Origin: Convolutriloba macropyga
Lineage: Eukaryota
Length of the DNA stretch: 64,000 bases
Reading direction: 5' to 3'
Assembly (NCBI RefSeq): GCF_964194025.1
Contig: NC_134469.1
Span: 23,622,001-23,686,000, forward strand
Shown: positions 62,501 to 64,000 of the stretch, piece by piece
How the letters are laid out: each line of letters opens with the position of its first letter
Position numbering within the stretch: position 1 is the first letter of the stretch
Translations under genes and position numbers: made by a program
The notes under the pieces: generated by a model
The model's input: only the letters and a program-made list of their open reading frames with translations
Told to the model about the DNA's origin: nothing
Database searches by the model: none

Positions 62501-64000
62501 TGAACAAAAAAAAACATAGCAGGACAAGTCCTGACGCACAATTCAAAGAATTTTTATTGAGTAAACAGAAAAACTAGACCTATATTGGACTATGAGTGAA
62601 TTCAGAAAAGCATTTAAAAAAAATCAGAACAAAAAAATAAGAAATAAACAGAAAATCAATGTCAAAATGCCGCATGTGAACAAAAAAACCACTAGCGAGA
62701 AATGACAATTTAATTCAAACAAAAAACTAGGCCTAGAATGAGCTTTGAATGGATTGGGAAAACTATTTAGAAAAAATTCCAATCCAAAAAATCGAAAAAA
62801 AAACAGTAAAAATGAGAGTGAAATAACTGCAGGTGAAAAAAAAACCACTACCGAGAAACCGAAGTTTTGTTCAAACACCGTTTTCTCACTCTACTTTAAA
62901 ATTAGAGCGAAAAAAATTCACGCCGCAAAACCACTCGCTTTTCGCTCCATTTCCTGTTTTGGCGTGACCAAAATCACTACTCCAATTTGACTTCAAAAAT
63001 CACGAAAATATGTGAACAGATCTTAAAAAAAAACATAGCCGGAAGAATTCCGGAAACGACTCGAAGTGAAAATCCATTTAAACGCCATCCAACTACTCAT
63101 CAAACAAAACGTGCCCTCACTAATTTATAATCATCTTGAAACAAAGTCATGAAACAAAAAAGTAAAAACACTAAAATCAAATCTGTTAAAATTTGATAAA
63201 AAAAAATCTGATCAAATTTTGTTATAAATTGAGATCCCGAAAAAAACTATCGCTGCCAAAATAACTTCATCAAACGAACTAGTACTTAGAAAAACCACTT
63301 ATGTGAATTTTCAAAAAAAACTTGAGGCTAAATTATGAAAAAAAGCTCAAAAACAACTTTCACTTAAAAACTGGAAAAAGTTACTATTTTTTAAGATTTC
63401 AAAAAACATATAAATCCAAAGAAAAATTCCCTTCAGCCAATAGGGTATCCAGATGCTCACAAAAACAATAGGCAATTCATAGAAGGCAAAGAAATTTTGG
63501 CTAAAAACAGAAAAAAACGAAAAACTGCAAAAAAATTAAGAAAAATAGTTCCAATTTTTGCAATTTTTTTGTCATATTTCTCAATTAAAAAATGATTCTT
63601 ACGCACAAAACTGTAACCAATTGTTATCATAATATTGCTCAAGTAGGAAGTGTTTTTTCAATACCCATTTGAGCCAGTAAAACAAAATAATCGTCAAAAA
63701 AACGCAAAAAGTAGCCCGAAAATCAGCAAAATACATTGAAAACCACCGAATTATCGTAAAATTCATATGGATTTCCAGAAACCGTCAAACCACTACCAAA
63801 ACCAGCGTAAAATTGAAACAAAATCATAACCAAACCTCTTAACGAAAACAAATGATAAAAAACTGCTTCAAAATGCCGCACGTGAACAAAAAAATTTCGC
63901 TCGCTTAGAGAAAATTTTTTCACACATCAATTTCTCGCTCTCTCAAAAACAGCGGTATGAACAAAAACCACTCTTTTCGCTCCGCTCTTCTTTTTTGCTG

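Overview
AT-rich, intron-containing metazoan (probably invertebrate) genomic DNA dominated by transposable elements. Two host genes lie on the minus strand. One is four coding exons of a FAM122/PABIR-like PP2A-B55 inhibitor (4422->2123, continuing past an intronic LINE out of the window). The other is a single-exon F-box protein (9321->7864). The rest is mostly TE: CR1/L2-group LINE pieces, a CRE-type restriction-endonuclease fragment, a near-intact Jockey/I-type LINE, two decayed Penelope-like elements with hammerhead cores, a decayed BEL/Pao element, Helentron-like, foldback and MITE elements. The main finding is a minus-strand Ty3/Gypsy LTR element (17175-26549) ordered gag-PR-RT-RH-IN, then a chuvirus-like class III fusion glycoprotein (env), then an extra intact ORF just before the PPT/3' LTR. 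That ORF is a predicted SH3/Tudor-like barrel + long coiled coil + C-terminal J-domain (HPDKGG), with a candidate splice acceptor. The LTRs are about 99% identical, yet gag/pol/env carry many lesions. A second notable item is a PHD finger inserted between RT motifs B' and C in a Penelope-like element. All family calls rest on motif recognition by eye; no database searches were run.
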